Assembly: GCA_041690595.1 (NCBI GenBank) | Contig: JAWLHB010000062.1 | Coordinates: 1-37,674, forward strand | Origin: Lentisphaeria bacterium | Lineage (GTDB): Bacteria > Verrucomicrobiota > Lentisphaeria > JABSQK01 > JAWLHB01 | Reading direction: 5' to 3' | Length of the DNA: 37,674 bases | Shown: positions 18,670-26,053 of the stretch, in pieces | How positions within the stretch are numbered: position 1 is the stretch's first letter | Layout: every line of letters begins with the position of its first letter | Notes under the pieces: model-generated | The model's input: the letters and a program-made list of their open reading frames with translations, nothing else | Databases searched by the model: none | Told to the model about the DNA's origin: nothing | Position numbers and translations under genes: made by a program

Positions 18670-19542
18670 ATGCGTATGCCACCTCACATTATCCTGGCTC
18701 TGACGGTCCTGCTTGTCTGCTCCCGCGTGTCATGGGCGGAAGCCCTGTACCGATCCACCGACCTGGTGGAAACGATCGAAACGCAAGAGCTGACCGCCGA
18801 ACGCATTGCCATCGATCCGGCCAGAAAGCACCAGCTTCTCTTCCTGGCCAAGACCACCGGCGAGCACACCTTGGAGGCCAACGTACGGATCCGCCTGACC
18901 AACCACCCGTCCATCAGCCGGCTGCGCTTGGCGTTCCTCGACCAGGACAACCAGCCGCTATCCGCCGGTCGGATCGAACTGAGGGTGCTCTCCAGCGAAT
19001 GGTATCGCTATTCTCAGGCGTTCTATCCCCCGGCCGATGCCCGCGCCTTGCGGCTGGTGCTGTTGCCTGGCGGCGAGGCGACGCTATCCGTCAAGGAATT
19101 GGTCCTGACAACGGAGCTGGCCGTTGACGAAGCGAAGACGCTGAACCCCAACCCCGTCTTTGAGTACGGCGACCTCAACGGGTACGGCTACCAGTGCGGC
19201 AACGGGGGGCGATTCTACACCAGGCCCGACGGCACGACCATCTGGAAGTCGGGCTTCTGCGGCGTTTCGCCTCAGTTTCGTGTGGAAGACAACGCCTGGT
19301 ACTCCATCGTCTGTGTGGGCAAGCCGTACCGCGACCGCAAGGCCGCGATCTTTCTACAGTGCTTCGAGGCGGGGGCAAGACGTCCATTCAAGTCGATGCG
19401 GGTCGCCGTGAGCGAGGCTGGGGAGTCCACCGATCTGCTGATTCCGGAAGGCACGGAGTCGGTCAGTCTGCTCTGTTATTTCATCCTTTTCGAGAAGATT
19501 GCCATCACCCAACGACCGAACCCCATCCTAACGGAGGAATGA
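18670..19542 (+). CDS. Secreted hypothetical protein, probable tandem CBM/galactose-binding-like beta-sandwich domains
   Basis: Signal peptide ending SWA; LAFLD, W.RYSQAF.PPADA..LRL and NP.FE.GD patterns typical of CBM4/9-like folds; SD GGAGG. Confidence 0.7.
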   Translation: MRMPPHIILALTVLLVCSRVSWAEALYRSTDLVETIETQELTAERIAIDPARKHQLLFLAKTTGEHTLEANVRIRLTNHPSISRLRLAFLDQDNQPLSAGRIELRVLSSEWYRYSQAFYPPADARALRLVLLPGGEATLSVKELVLTTELAVDEAKTLNPNPVFEYGDLNGYGYQCGNGGRFYTRPDGTTIWKSGFCGVSPQFRVEDNAWYSIVCVGKPYRDRKAAIFLQCFEAGARRPFKSMRVAVSEAGESTDLLIPEGTESVSLLCYFILFEKIAITQRPNPILTEE

Positions 19543-20363
19543 CCGTGACAGCACCTAACAATCCCATGGAGATTGCACCGCGGGCCGGTGAAGTCGCCTC
19601 TCATCACCGCCACTCGTTCACCTTGATCGAGCTGCTGGTGGTGGTAGCGATCATATCGATCCTGGCAAGCCTGTTGCTGCCCGCACTGACGAAAGCCCGC
19701 AATCGTGCCCGCCTTTCCGCCTGCCAGAACAATCTCAAGCAGGTGGGGCTGGGGATGATCATCTATGGTGATGAACACGACAGTTGGGGGCCCTTTGTCA
19801 GCTGGCAGTTCGGCAATATCCTCCTCTATTACAGCTCGATTCGCGATGCCCTTGGCCTGCCCGTTCTGCCGGAGAAGATGACGGCGGAGGGGGGAAGCCC
19901 ATACAAATGCCCCGACTGGAGGTCAGAGAGTGAAGTTGTCCTGGGCAAGCCGCTCACCCACAACGGTTTCGGCGCCAATTCCTTCACCATGGGCTATGCC
20001 CTCTCCTTTGGCAGCAGCGTCAAGAACTACAGCGCTTCCACCACCGCCTACGGCTGGTCCCTCCCGTGGACGGTGCAGAAGGGCAACGGCCCGTGTCCAA
20101 ACACCAAGTTCCTGGGCGCTTCGTACTTCAGCGACGACGGATCACATGGCGTCTTTCTCAATGAACCCAGTGCTCAGGCGATGGCCGGGGACGTGGTCCG
20201 GCACAAAACGATCCCCGCCTTGGTCTATGGGCTTTACCCGGCGCCCCACGATGGCGCTTCGAATATCGTCTTCTTCGATGGGCATGTTCGCACCTATCCC
20301 GTGCATGTGCAGACCAACCGCATCGACTATTGGGGTGGATTCCTGCGCTGGGGGGGCGAATAA
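19539..20363 (+). CDS. Prepilin-type N-terminal cleavage/methylation + H-X9-DG domain protein (DUF1559-like)
   Basis: [36 protein letters not shown] and [13 protein letters not shown]. Start is 19539 (ATGA overlap) or GTG 19545. Confidence 0.9.
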   Translation: MTVTAPNNPMEIAPRAGEVASHHRHSFTLIELLVVVAIISILASLLLPALTKARNRARLSACQNNLKQVGLGMIIYGDEHDSWGPFVSWQFGNILLYYSSIRDALGLPVLPEKMTAEGGSPYKCPDWRSESEVVLGKPLTHNGFGANSFTMGYALSFGSSVKNYSASTTAYGWSLPWTVQKGNGPCPNTKFLGASYFSDDGSHGVFLNEPSAQAMAGDVVRHKTIPALVYGLYPAPHDGASNIVFFDGHVRTYPVHVQTNRIDYWGGFLRWGGE

Positions 20364-22783
20364 TGCGTAAAGTATTGCTGCTGGCACTTATCCTGATGAT
20401 AGGCGTGGTGGGCTCGGCACCGGCGGCGGAGCAGGTGGCATGGCTGGTGAGGGATGGTCAGGTGCAGGGCCATCTCTTTGTGCCGCGCACTCTGGGTCGC
20501 CCGCTGCTGCTGGCCATAGAGGAATTGCGCCACTACATCGCCAGGATCACGGACGAGCAACTGCCCCTGGCGTGGCGTGATCCAGTGCTTGGCCCGAAGA
20601 ACGATGTGGGCATCCGGCTGGTGGTACGTGATCCGGAGTCCTGGCACGGACGTGAATCGGGTCAGGCCTTCACCATCACCGAGGATGCCCATCTGCGCAT
20701 GGTGACCATCGCCGGCAACACGGAGACTGCCGTTCTGTATGGGGTCTACCAGTACTTGCACGAGCTGGGCGTGCGCTGGTTCAGCCCTGGCGAGATCGGC
20801 GAGAATGTGCCGCGGCTTTCAGCCATCGAGATCGGCAACCGGGAGACCGGCTATCAGCCCTCCTTCATCAAGCGCGGGCTCAGCTTCTCCGGCGTCCATG
20901 CGAATCATTTCGACACCTCCGACCCCAGTCGCTATCGCGACCAGATCCACCATGAGTACGACCTCTGGACGTTGCGCAATCGGCTCATGTTTCAGCGTTA
21001 CATCCACCGGTCGCACTGGCTCGACTTCGGTACGGTCTCCCAATCGGGCGGTCATGGTATTCTGCAGGTGCTGAAGGGGGTCGACTTGGCGAAGGAGCCC
21101 GAGCGCTTCGCCATGGTCACTCGCGACGGGGTTCGGGAGCGGCGCGACAAGGGCGCGCAGATTTGCTTCACCCACCCGGCCAACGTCAGCGAGGCCATTC
21201 GCCTGGCCGTCGCCTTCTTTCATGACCTGGAGGCCACCAAAGGCCAGCGCAACACCGATTTCGACGATCTGACGGATACTTTTCCTCTGGGGCTTTCTGA
21301 CGCCTCCGGCATTTGCGAATGCGACACGTGTGCCAAGGTGGCGGGCGATGATCCCAACGCTCGCGATCGTCTTGTCTGGTCCTTCTATAATCAGGTGGCC
21401 CGCGGTCTGGCCAAGGAGCTGCCGGGCAGGAAGGTCGGCCTGTACGCCCCGTATTTCGAGCTTACCCGGCCGCCGGACGACGTGAAGCTCGAGCCGAACA
21501 TCGTGGCGGTCAGCTGCCGGGCTCTGAGTTGGAGCGGCAAACCGCAAGATGCGACTTCCTACCCCTTCACGAAGAGCCATCTGGAGAATCTCCAGGCGAC
21601 ACGCCGTGCCGGCGCGGAGCTGCGCAACTACGACTATGTCATGTGGCTGGGTACTCCGCAACCGCTCTCCATCCTCGACGCCGCCAAGGCTTATCGCGAG
21701 CTTGGGTTACGCCATTATCATGCGGAGGTGATGACCCGCAATGAGCAGATCTGGCCGGTTCTGTGGGCGCTGGCAAGCTACACCTGGAACAGCGAGCAGG
21801 ATCCGCGGGAGCTGCTGGCATCCTACTGCGAGCAGTACTATGGCGACGAGGGGGAGCTGATCCTGAGGCTCCTGCGGCAGATCGACGACGCCGGCCGCGG
21901 AATTCCGACCATTGGCTACGGTGGCTATCACGACACCGCCACCATCATGAACGACGAGCTCAGCGCCCAGGGACGGGCCGACCTGGCGGCGGCGGTGGAA
22001 CGTTCCGGCGGCAAGCAGCAAGCCCGCCTGATTGCTTTCCGCGACACCTTCGAGATGTTTGCCGCCACAGCCGAGGTCTACCGCACCTATTCCGCGGCGC
22101 TGAACGAGCGCACCCCGGCAGCCATCGCCGCCGCAAGCGCGCAATTTGCCGCATACGAGCAGTTATGGATCGACCGCCGGTTCAGCGCCACCTGCTCACC
22201 ACGCACGCTGGTGGGCATTCAGAAAATGGCCAAGGTCGTCATCACTCCGGAAACCGTTCCCCAAGGGCGCCCGGAGCTGGCCGATGAAGAGGTCTGGATG
22301 CGAGAACTCTTTGCCTTCGACGAGGTGCCGCCGGTGCTGCCGAACCTGTTCGCTCTCCCGGAAATCTGGAGCTTCAAGCTGGACTTGAGTGACCAGGGGC
22401 TGGCGGCGGGTTGGCAATTGCCGGAGCTGGCCGATACCACTGGCTGGCACCCAATCTCCACTTGGAACTTCTTCGAGCGCCAAGGCTACGTCGATATAGG
22501 CGGTTACTTCTGGTACAGGCTGACGACGACGGTGCCCGATTTTCCCAAGAACAAGCGCATCTTCATGCGCATCGGCTCCCTCGACGATGGCGGCGACATC
22601 TACATAAACGGTCAACTTGCCTTCTCCCGCAGCCACGATAATCCGGACGATTGGCAGTCGTCTTTCGCGTTCGAGGTCACCGACCTCATCAAGCGTGGGC
22701 TGCCCAACCTTATCGCCGTGCGCGGCCATGATGCCGCCGGCGCCGGGGGCATCTGGCGGCCATGCGCCCTCTATACCGATTGA
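20363..22783 (+). CDS. Secreted DUF4838-domain protein with C-terminal GH2-type sugar-binding (jelly-roll) domain
   Basis: Signal peptide; LYGVYQYLHELGVRWF.PG, QICFTHP and DASGICECDTC. The C-terminus has WSFKLD, WYR, IYING, FEVTD, NLIAVR and GGIWRP. TAATG coupling to the pilin gene. Confidence 0.82.
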   Translation: MRKVLLLALILMIGVVGSAPAAEQVAWLVRDGQVQGHLFVPRTLGRPLLLAIEELRHYIARITDEQLPLAWRDPVLGPKNDVGIRLVVRDPESWHGRESGQAFTITEDAHLRMVTIAGNTETAVLYGVYQYLHELGVRWFSPGEIGENVPRLSAIEIGNRETGYQPSFIKRGLSFSGVHANHFDTSDPSRYRDQIHHEYDLWTLRNRLMFQRYIHRSHWLDFGTVSQSGGHGILQVLKGVDLAKEPERFAMVTRDGVRERRDKGAQICFTHPANVSEAIRLAVAFFHDLEATKGQRNTDFDDLTDTFPLGLSDASGICECDTCAKVAGDDPNARDRLVWSFYNQVARGLAKELPGRKVGLYAPYFELTRPPDDVKLEPNIVAVSCRALSWSGKPQDATSYPFTKSHLENLQATRRAGAELRNYDYVMWLGTPQPLSILDAAKAYRELGLRHYHAEVMTRNEQIWPVLWALASYTWNSEQDPRELLASYCEQYYGDEGELILRLLRQIDDAGRGIPTIGYGGYHDTATIMNDELSAQGRADLAAAVERSGGKQQARLIAFRDTFEMFAATAEVYRTYSAALNERTPAAIAAASAQFAAYEQLWIDRRFSATCSPRTLVGIQKMAKVVITPETVPQGRPELADEEVWMRELFAFDEVPPVLPNLFALPEIWSFKLDLSDQGLAAGWQLPELADTTGWHPISTWNFFERQGYVDIGGYFWYRLTTTVPDFPKNKRIFMRIGSLDDGGDIYINGQLAFSRSHDNPDDWQSSFAFEVTDLIKRGLPNLIAVRGHDAAGAGGIWRPCALYTD

Positions 22784-22818
22784 TCGGCGAGCAACGTGCA
22801 CCCAAGGCATCCCACTGC

Positions 22819-24012
22819 ATGACCCCTATCCTACCCATGAAACGAGTGCAAATGGGCCCCGTCCCCGCGGTCGACCAGACCACCTCCATTGTGGTGGGTG
22901 GCGACTTCTGCCCAGTCGGTCGCTTTGGCGACTGTTTGGACGCCGGACGGGAAATTTTCCACCCGGCACTGGTCGAGCTATTTCAGACCAGTTACTCGCT
23001 GCTCAATCTGGAGACGCCGCTCTGCCGGGACGATGTCCCCGCGGACAGCCCTTCAGGGGTGGGCCTGCGTGGCGCGCCCGCCGTGGCCGATTACCTGGGC
23101 CGCCTCGGCATCGATGCGGTTTCCATGGCGAATAATCACGCCAGGGACTTTGGCGACGAAGGGATCCGGCAGACCATGGCAAATCTGGACGCCGGCGGCA
23201 TTCGGCACACGGGGGCTGGGGAAACCATCGCCGAAGCGGAACAGCCACTGGAGTTGACCCTCGATGGCATCAAGGTGACCATCTGGGCGCTGGCCGAGAA
23301 GGAGTTGAACCTGGCTGACGATCACCGGGGCGGCACCGCCTTCTTTCATCCCGAACGCAACCTCCCCGTCATCGCCCGGCTCAAGGAGCGTTGCGACGTC
23401 CTCCTGATCGTTGTCCATGCGGGGCATGAGTTCATCTCCATCCCTTCCCCCAGAATTCGCGATGCCTACCGGGCCTTCATCGATACGGGGGCCGATGCCG
23501 TCATCGCTCATCATCCCCACGTGATCCAGGGCGTGGAGCGGCACGGCCACGGCTTCATTGCCTACAGCTTGGGCAACCTGGTCTTCGACACCCCGTACGT
23601 CTCCCGTTACGACGACACCGACTCGGGCTACCTCGTGCGCCTCAATCTTGCGGCCAGCAGCCTCAACTCGGTGGACATTATCCCGTACCAGATGACCTCC
23701 GGAAGCCTTGTGGCACCACTAACAGCCGCCGGAATGGCTGAGTTCGAGCGCCGCTTGGCGATGCTCTCCGACAACATCTCCGACAACGCGCGGTTCCGTC
23801 ATGAATGGGAGCAAGCGGTGGCCTTTCGGTGGACGACGGAGTACCGCCGCATCCTGAGCGACTTTTCCAGGAACCTGAATTGCCCCGGCAATCCCGACTA
23901 CGCCAGGCGAAGCCGCAATCTCTTCACCTGCCCCACCCATGTGGAGATGATCGAGAGCATCTTCCTGATGCTCGAGTCGGGCGCGCTGGCGTGGGAGCCC
24001 GCTGGCCGGTAA
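22819..24012 (+). CDS. CapA/PgsA-family (PGA_cap) metallophosphoesterase-like protein
   Basis: GGD, NLE, ANNHARDFG, HAGHE, HHPHVIQG and YSLGN. Start uncertain (22762, 22819 or 22837). Confidence 0.88.
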   Translation: MTPILPMKRVQMGPVPAVDQTTSIVVGGDFCPVGRFGDCLDAGREIFHPALVELFQTSYSLLNLETPLCRDDVPADSPSGVGLRGAPAVADYLGRLGIDAVSMANNHARDFGDEGIRQTMANLDAGGIRHTGAGETIAEAEQPLELTLDGIKVTIWALAEKELNLADDHRGGTAFFHPERNLPVIARLKERCDVLLIVVHAGHEFISIPSPRIRDAYRAFIDTGADAVIAHHPHVIQGVERHGHGFIAYSLGNLVFDTPYVSRYDDTDSGYLVRLNLAASSLNSVDIIPYQMTSGSLVAPLTAAGMAEFERRLAMLSDNISDNARFRHEWEQAVAFRWTTEYRRILSDFSRNLNCPGNPDYARRSRNLFTCPTHVEMIESIFLMLESGALAWEPAGR

Positions 24013-24181
24013 TTGGGACTGGCTGGTACTGCGCCGCGGAAGTCTTTCGGCAATAGAAGTTAAGGACAGAGTCGGGTATGGATGCAATGTCCGCGGCAGT
24101 GCCTCAATAGCCCGCACCAGCAAGCTGTTCATGTCTCGTTCTTGAACGCGACTAGGAACTGGTTAAGATTCAGGATTCCAT

Positions 24182-24210
24182 TTGCAGTGGAGCGTTCCTA
24201 CATGTAGTAT
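24182..24210 (+). promoter_or_regulatory. Putative sigma70 promoter of glycan locus 2
   Basis: TTGCAG (24182-24187), 17-nt spacer, TAGTAT (24205-24210). Confidence 0.55.
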
Positions 24211-24240
24211 ATCTGTATAGCTTGAAAAGAGGACATGTAC
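24198..24240. promoter_or_regulatory. Two ACATGT-core palindromic boxes, candidate operators for the second regulator
   Basis: Perfect palindrome CTACATGTAG (24198-24207) overlaps the -10 element. A second box, gACATGTAc (24232-24240), lies just before the start codon. Confidence 0.55.
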
Positions 24241-24250
24241 AAAATAGGCG

Positions 24251-25381
24251 ATGGCAATGCCCAGGTACAACGATTTTCGCCAGACAAAGAGCCATGAGGT
24301 GAGTCGGCGTCTGTACGAGTGGATCGAGGCGGGCCGGTTGTTGGAAGGGGAGATTGTGCCGTCGGAGAAGCTGCTGGCTGCAGAGCTGGAGATGAGCCGC
24401 GGGACGGTTCGTCGGGGACTTCAGGCGCTGGTGGAAGACGGGATGCTGCTGCCGCGACCGGGAGTGGGGTATGAGGTGCGTTCGCGGCGGAAGTGCCCGA
24501 TCATCGGCATGCTGTTCAGTTCGTCGCGGTTGCAGGTGTTTCACCATCTGCTTTACGAAGCGTTGCTGCATGAGGTGAACGCCCGCAGCCTTTCGCTTCG
24601 CACTTACCTGGGCTTCAGTACGGCGGAAGCGCACTATTTCGAACACACGCAGCTCTATGAAGACTTGCGCAGCCGACAGATCAGCGGCTTGATCACCTGT
24701 GGGTGGCGCGGTAATGAGAGCGATCGCGATAAGCGGTTGAAGGCGACGCTGGAGGAGTTCGACGTCCCGCGCGTGCAGTTTACGTCGCGGCCGCTGCCGC
24801 ATGCCATCGGCATCCGTTATGGGGAGATGGCTGCCGGAGCGACTCGGGCGCTAGCCGCCGAAGGGCGACGGCGGATCGCTCTGGTGATCGTGGGCTATGG
24901 TCCGCAGGATGAGCCGGGTTACTTCGAGGGATACTGCCGAAGCATGATCGCAGCCGGGAATTCGGTTGATCCTGGCTTGGTCTGGCATCTGCCCACGAGT
25001 GCCGGCGAAGGGCTGGCGTATGGGGAGTTGCGGCGGCGCTGGGGCGATGGCTGTCAGCCGGATGCGTTGATCGTTACGGATGACATCGCCGGCAAAGGGA
25101 TGGTGGCGGGAGCGGTGGATCTGGGGCTCGAGGTGCCGGGACGCTTGCGTATTGCCACGCTGGTGGTGAAGGGGAGCAAGACCTTCTTTCCACGTCCGGT
25201 CATGCGTCTGGAAATCGATCCGACGGCCTGTGCGAGGGCGGCGATGGATCGCTTGCAGGCGATGCTCGACGACGGTTTCGTGCCGACGGAGAAGCTCTAC
25301 CTGGATTCGGCAATCATCGATGAGGCAGGCGAATGTGTGAATGGAGCAGAAATTCTGATCAACCAGGATGCAGGAGGATAA
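24251..25381 (+). CDS. GntR-family wHTH regulator with LacI-type sugar-binding domain
   Basis: [28 protein letters not shown]....[21 protein letters not shown] and LGLEVPGRL. Confidence 0.88.
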   Translation: MAMPRYNDFRQTKSHEVSRRLYEWIEAGRLLEGEIVPSEKLLAAELEMSRGTVRRGLQALVEDGMLLPRPGVGYEVRSRRKCPIIGMLFSSSRLQVFHHLLYEALLHEVNARSLSLRTYLGFSTAEAHYFEHTQLYEDLRSRQISGLITCGWRGNESDRDKRLKATLEEFDVPRVQFTSRPLPHAIGIRYGEMAAGATRALAAEGRRRIALVIVGYGPQDEPGYFEGYCRSMIAAGNSVDPGLVWHLPTSAGEGLAYGELRRRWGDGCQPDALIVTDDIAGKGMVAGAVDLGLEVPGRLRIATLVVKGSKTFFPRPVMRLEIDPTACARAAMDRLQAMLDDGFVPTEKLYLDSAIIDEAGECVNGAEILINQDAGG

Positions 25382-25382
25382 T

Positions 25383-26042
25383 ATGAAGGCTGTACGGCAT
25401 GCCAGGCTGGGTACGTTTACCTTGATCGAGCTTCTGGTGGTGGTGGCGATTATAGCGATACTCGCATCGTTGTTGCTACCGGCGTTATCGTCGGCCAGGG
25501 AGCGGGCGAGGGCCATCTCCTGCACGAACAACCTCAAACAATTCGGCACCGGCACCTTGCTGTATGCGGACGATTTCGATGACGCCCTGGCTTATCACCA
25601 CATGGCGACCTGGAAAAGCGCGCTCATCTTCCTGCGCGAGGGGGACTACATTCCGCCCTTCAAACTGGGGGGGATTACGCAGTGCCCGAGCGTCTATGGT
25701 CCGTACATGACGCAACCCTCTTTTCGACTTGGGGGGGTGCTGCCGCACTACTTTTATAACGCCCGGATCGGGCTGGTCTACGCGTCGACCACTCTTGGGG
25801 TGGTCATGGCGCCCAAGAAGCTGTCGCGTTTGCCGGATGCTTCGCGTGGGGTAATCTCCGGCGATACGAGCCAGCATCTGCTGCCAATCGTCGACTATGC
25901 CTATTACGCGTTGTCCTATGACTATGCGTTGGAGGCGAAATTCGGGAATGTCACGCGGCACAGCGGCAAGTTCAATGTGGTGTATTTCGATGGGCATGTG
26001 GATGATGATCGGCCGCATACTTTTCTTTACTCGAAATTCTAA
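25383..26042 (+). CDS. Prepilin-type N-terminal cleavage/methylation + H-X9-DG domain protein (DUF1559-like)
   Basis: [39 protein letters not shown] and [24 protein letters not shown] supports ATG 25383. Confidence 0.92.
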   Translation: MKAVRHARLGTFTLIELLVVVAIIAILASLLLPALSSARERARAISCTNNLKQFGTGTLLYADDFDDALAYHHMATWKSALIFLREGDYIPPFKLGGITQCPSVYGPYMTQPSFRLGGVLPHYFYNARIGLVYASTTLGVVMAPKKLSRLPDASRGVISGDTSQHLLPIVDYAYYALSYDYALEAKFGNVTRHSGKFNVVYFDGHVDDDRPHTFLYSKF

Positions 26043-26053
26043 GGGGGGGAATC

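Noticed and set aside
22819..24012. Poly-gamma-glutamate capsule locus
   Set aside because: No capB, capC or capD in the window, and the protein lacks a membrane anchor.
24064..24093. Minus-strand peptide RTLHPYPTLS resembling the C-terminal HPYPT motif of pyridine nucleotide-disulfide oxidoreductases
   Set aside because: Only 10 residues, with no further similarity in the flanks. It cannot be told from chance without a TBLASTN search.
894..26042. Diversity-generating retroelement or pilin cassette recombination among the prepilin genes
   Set aside because: No reverse transcriptase or recombinase, and no near-identical template/variable repeats. Nucleotide similarity is limited to the N-terminal helix codons.
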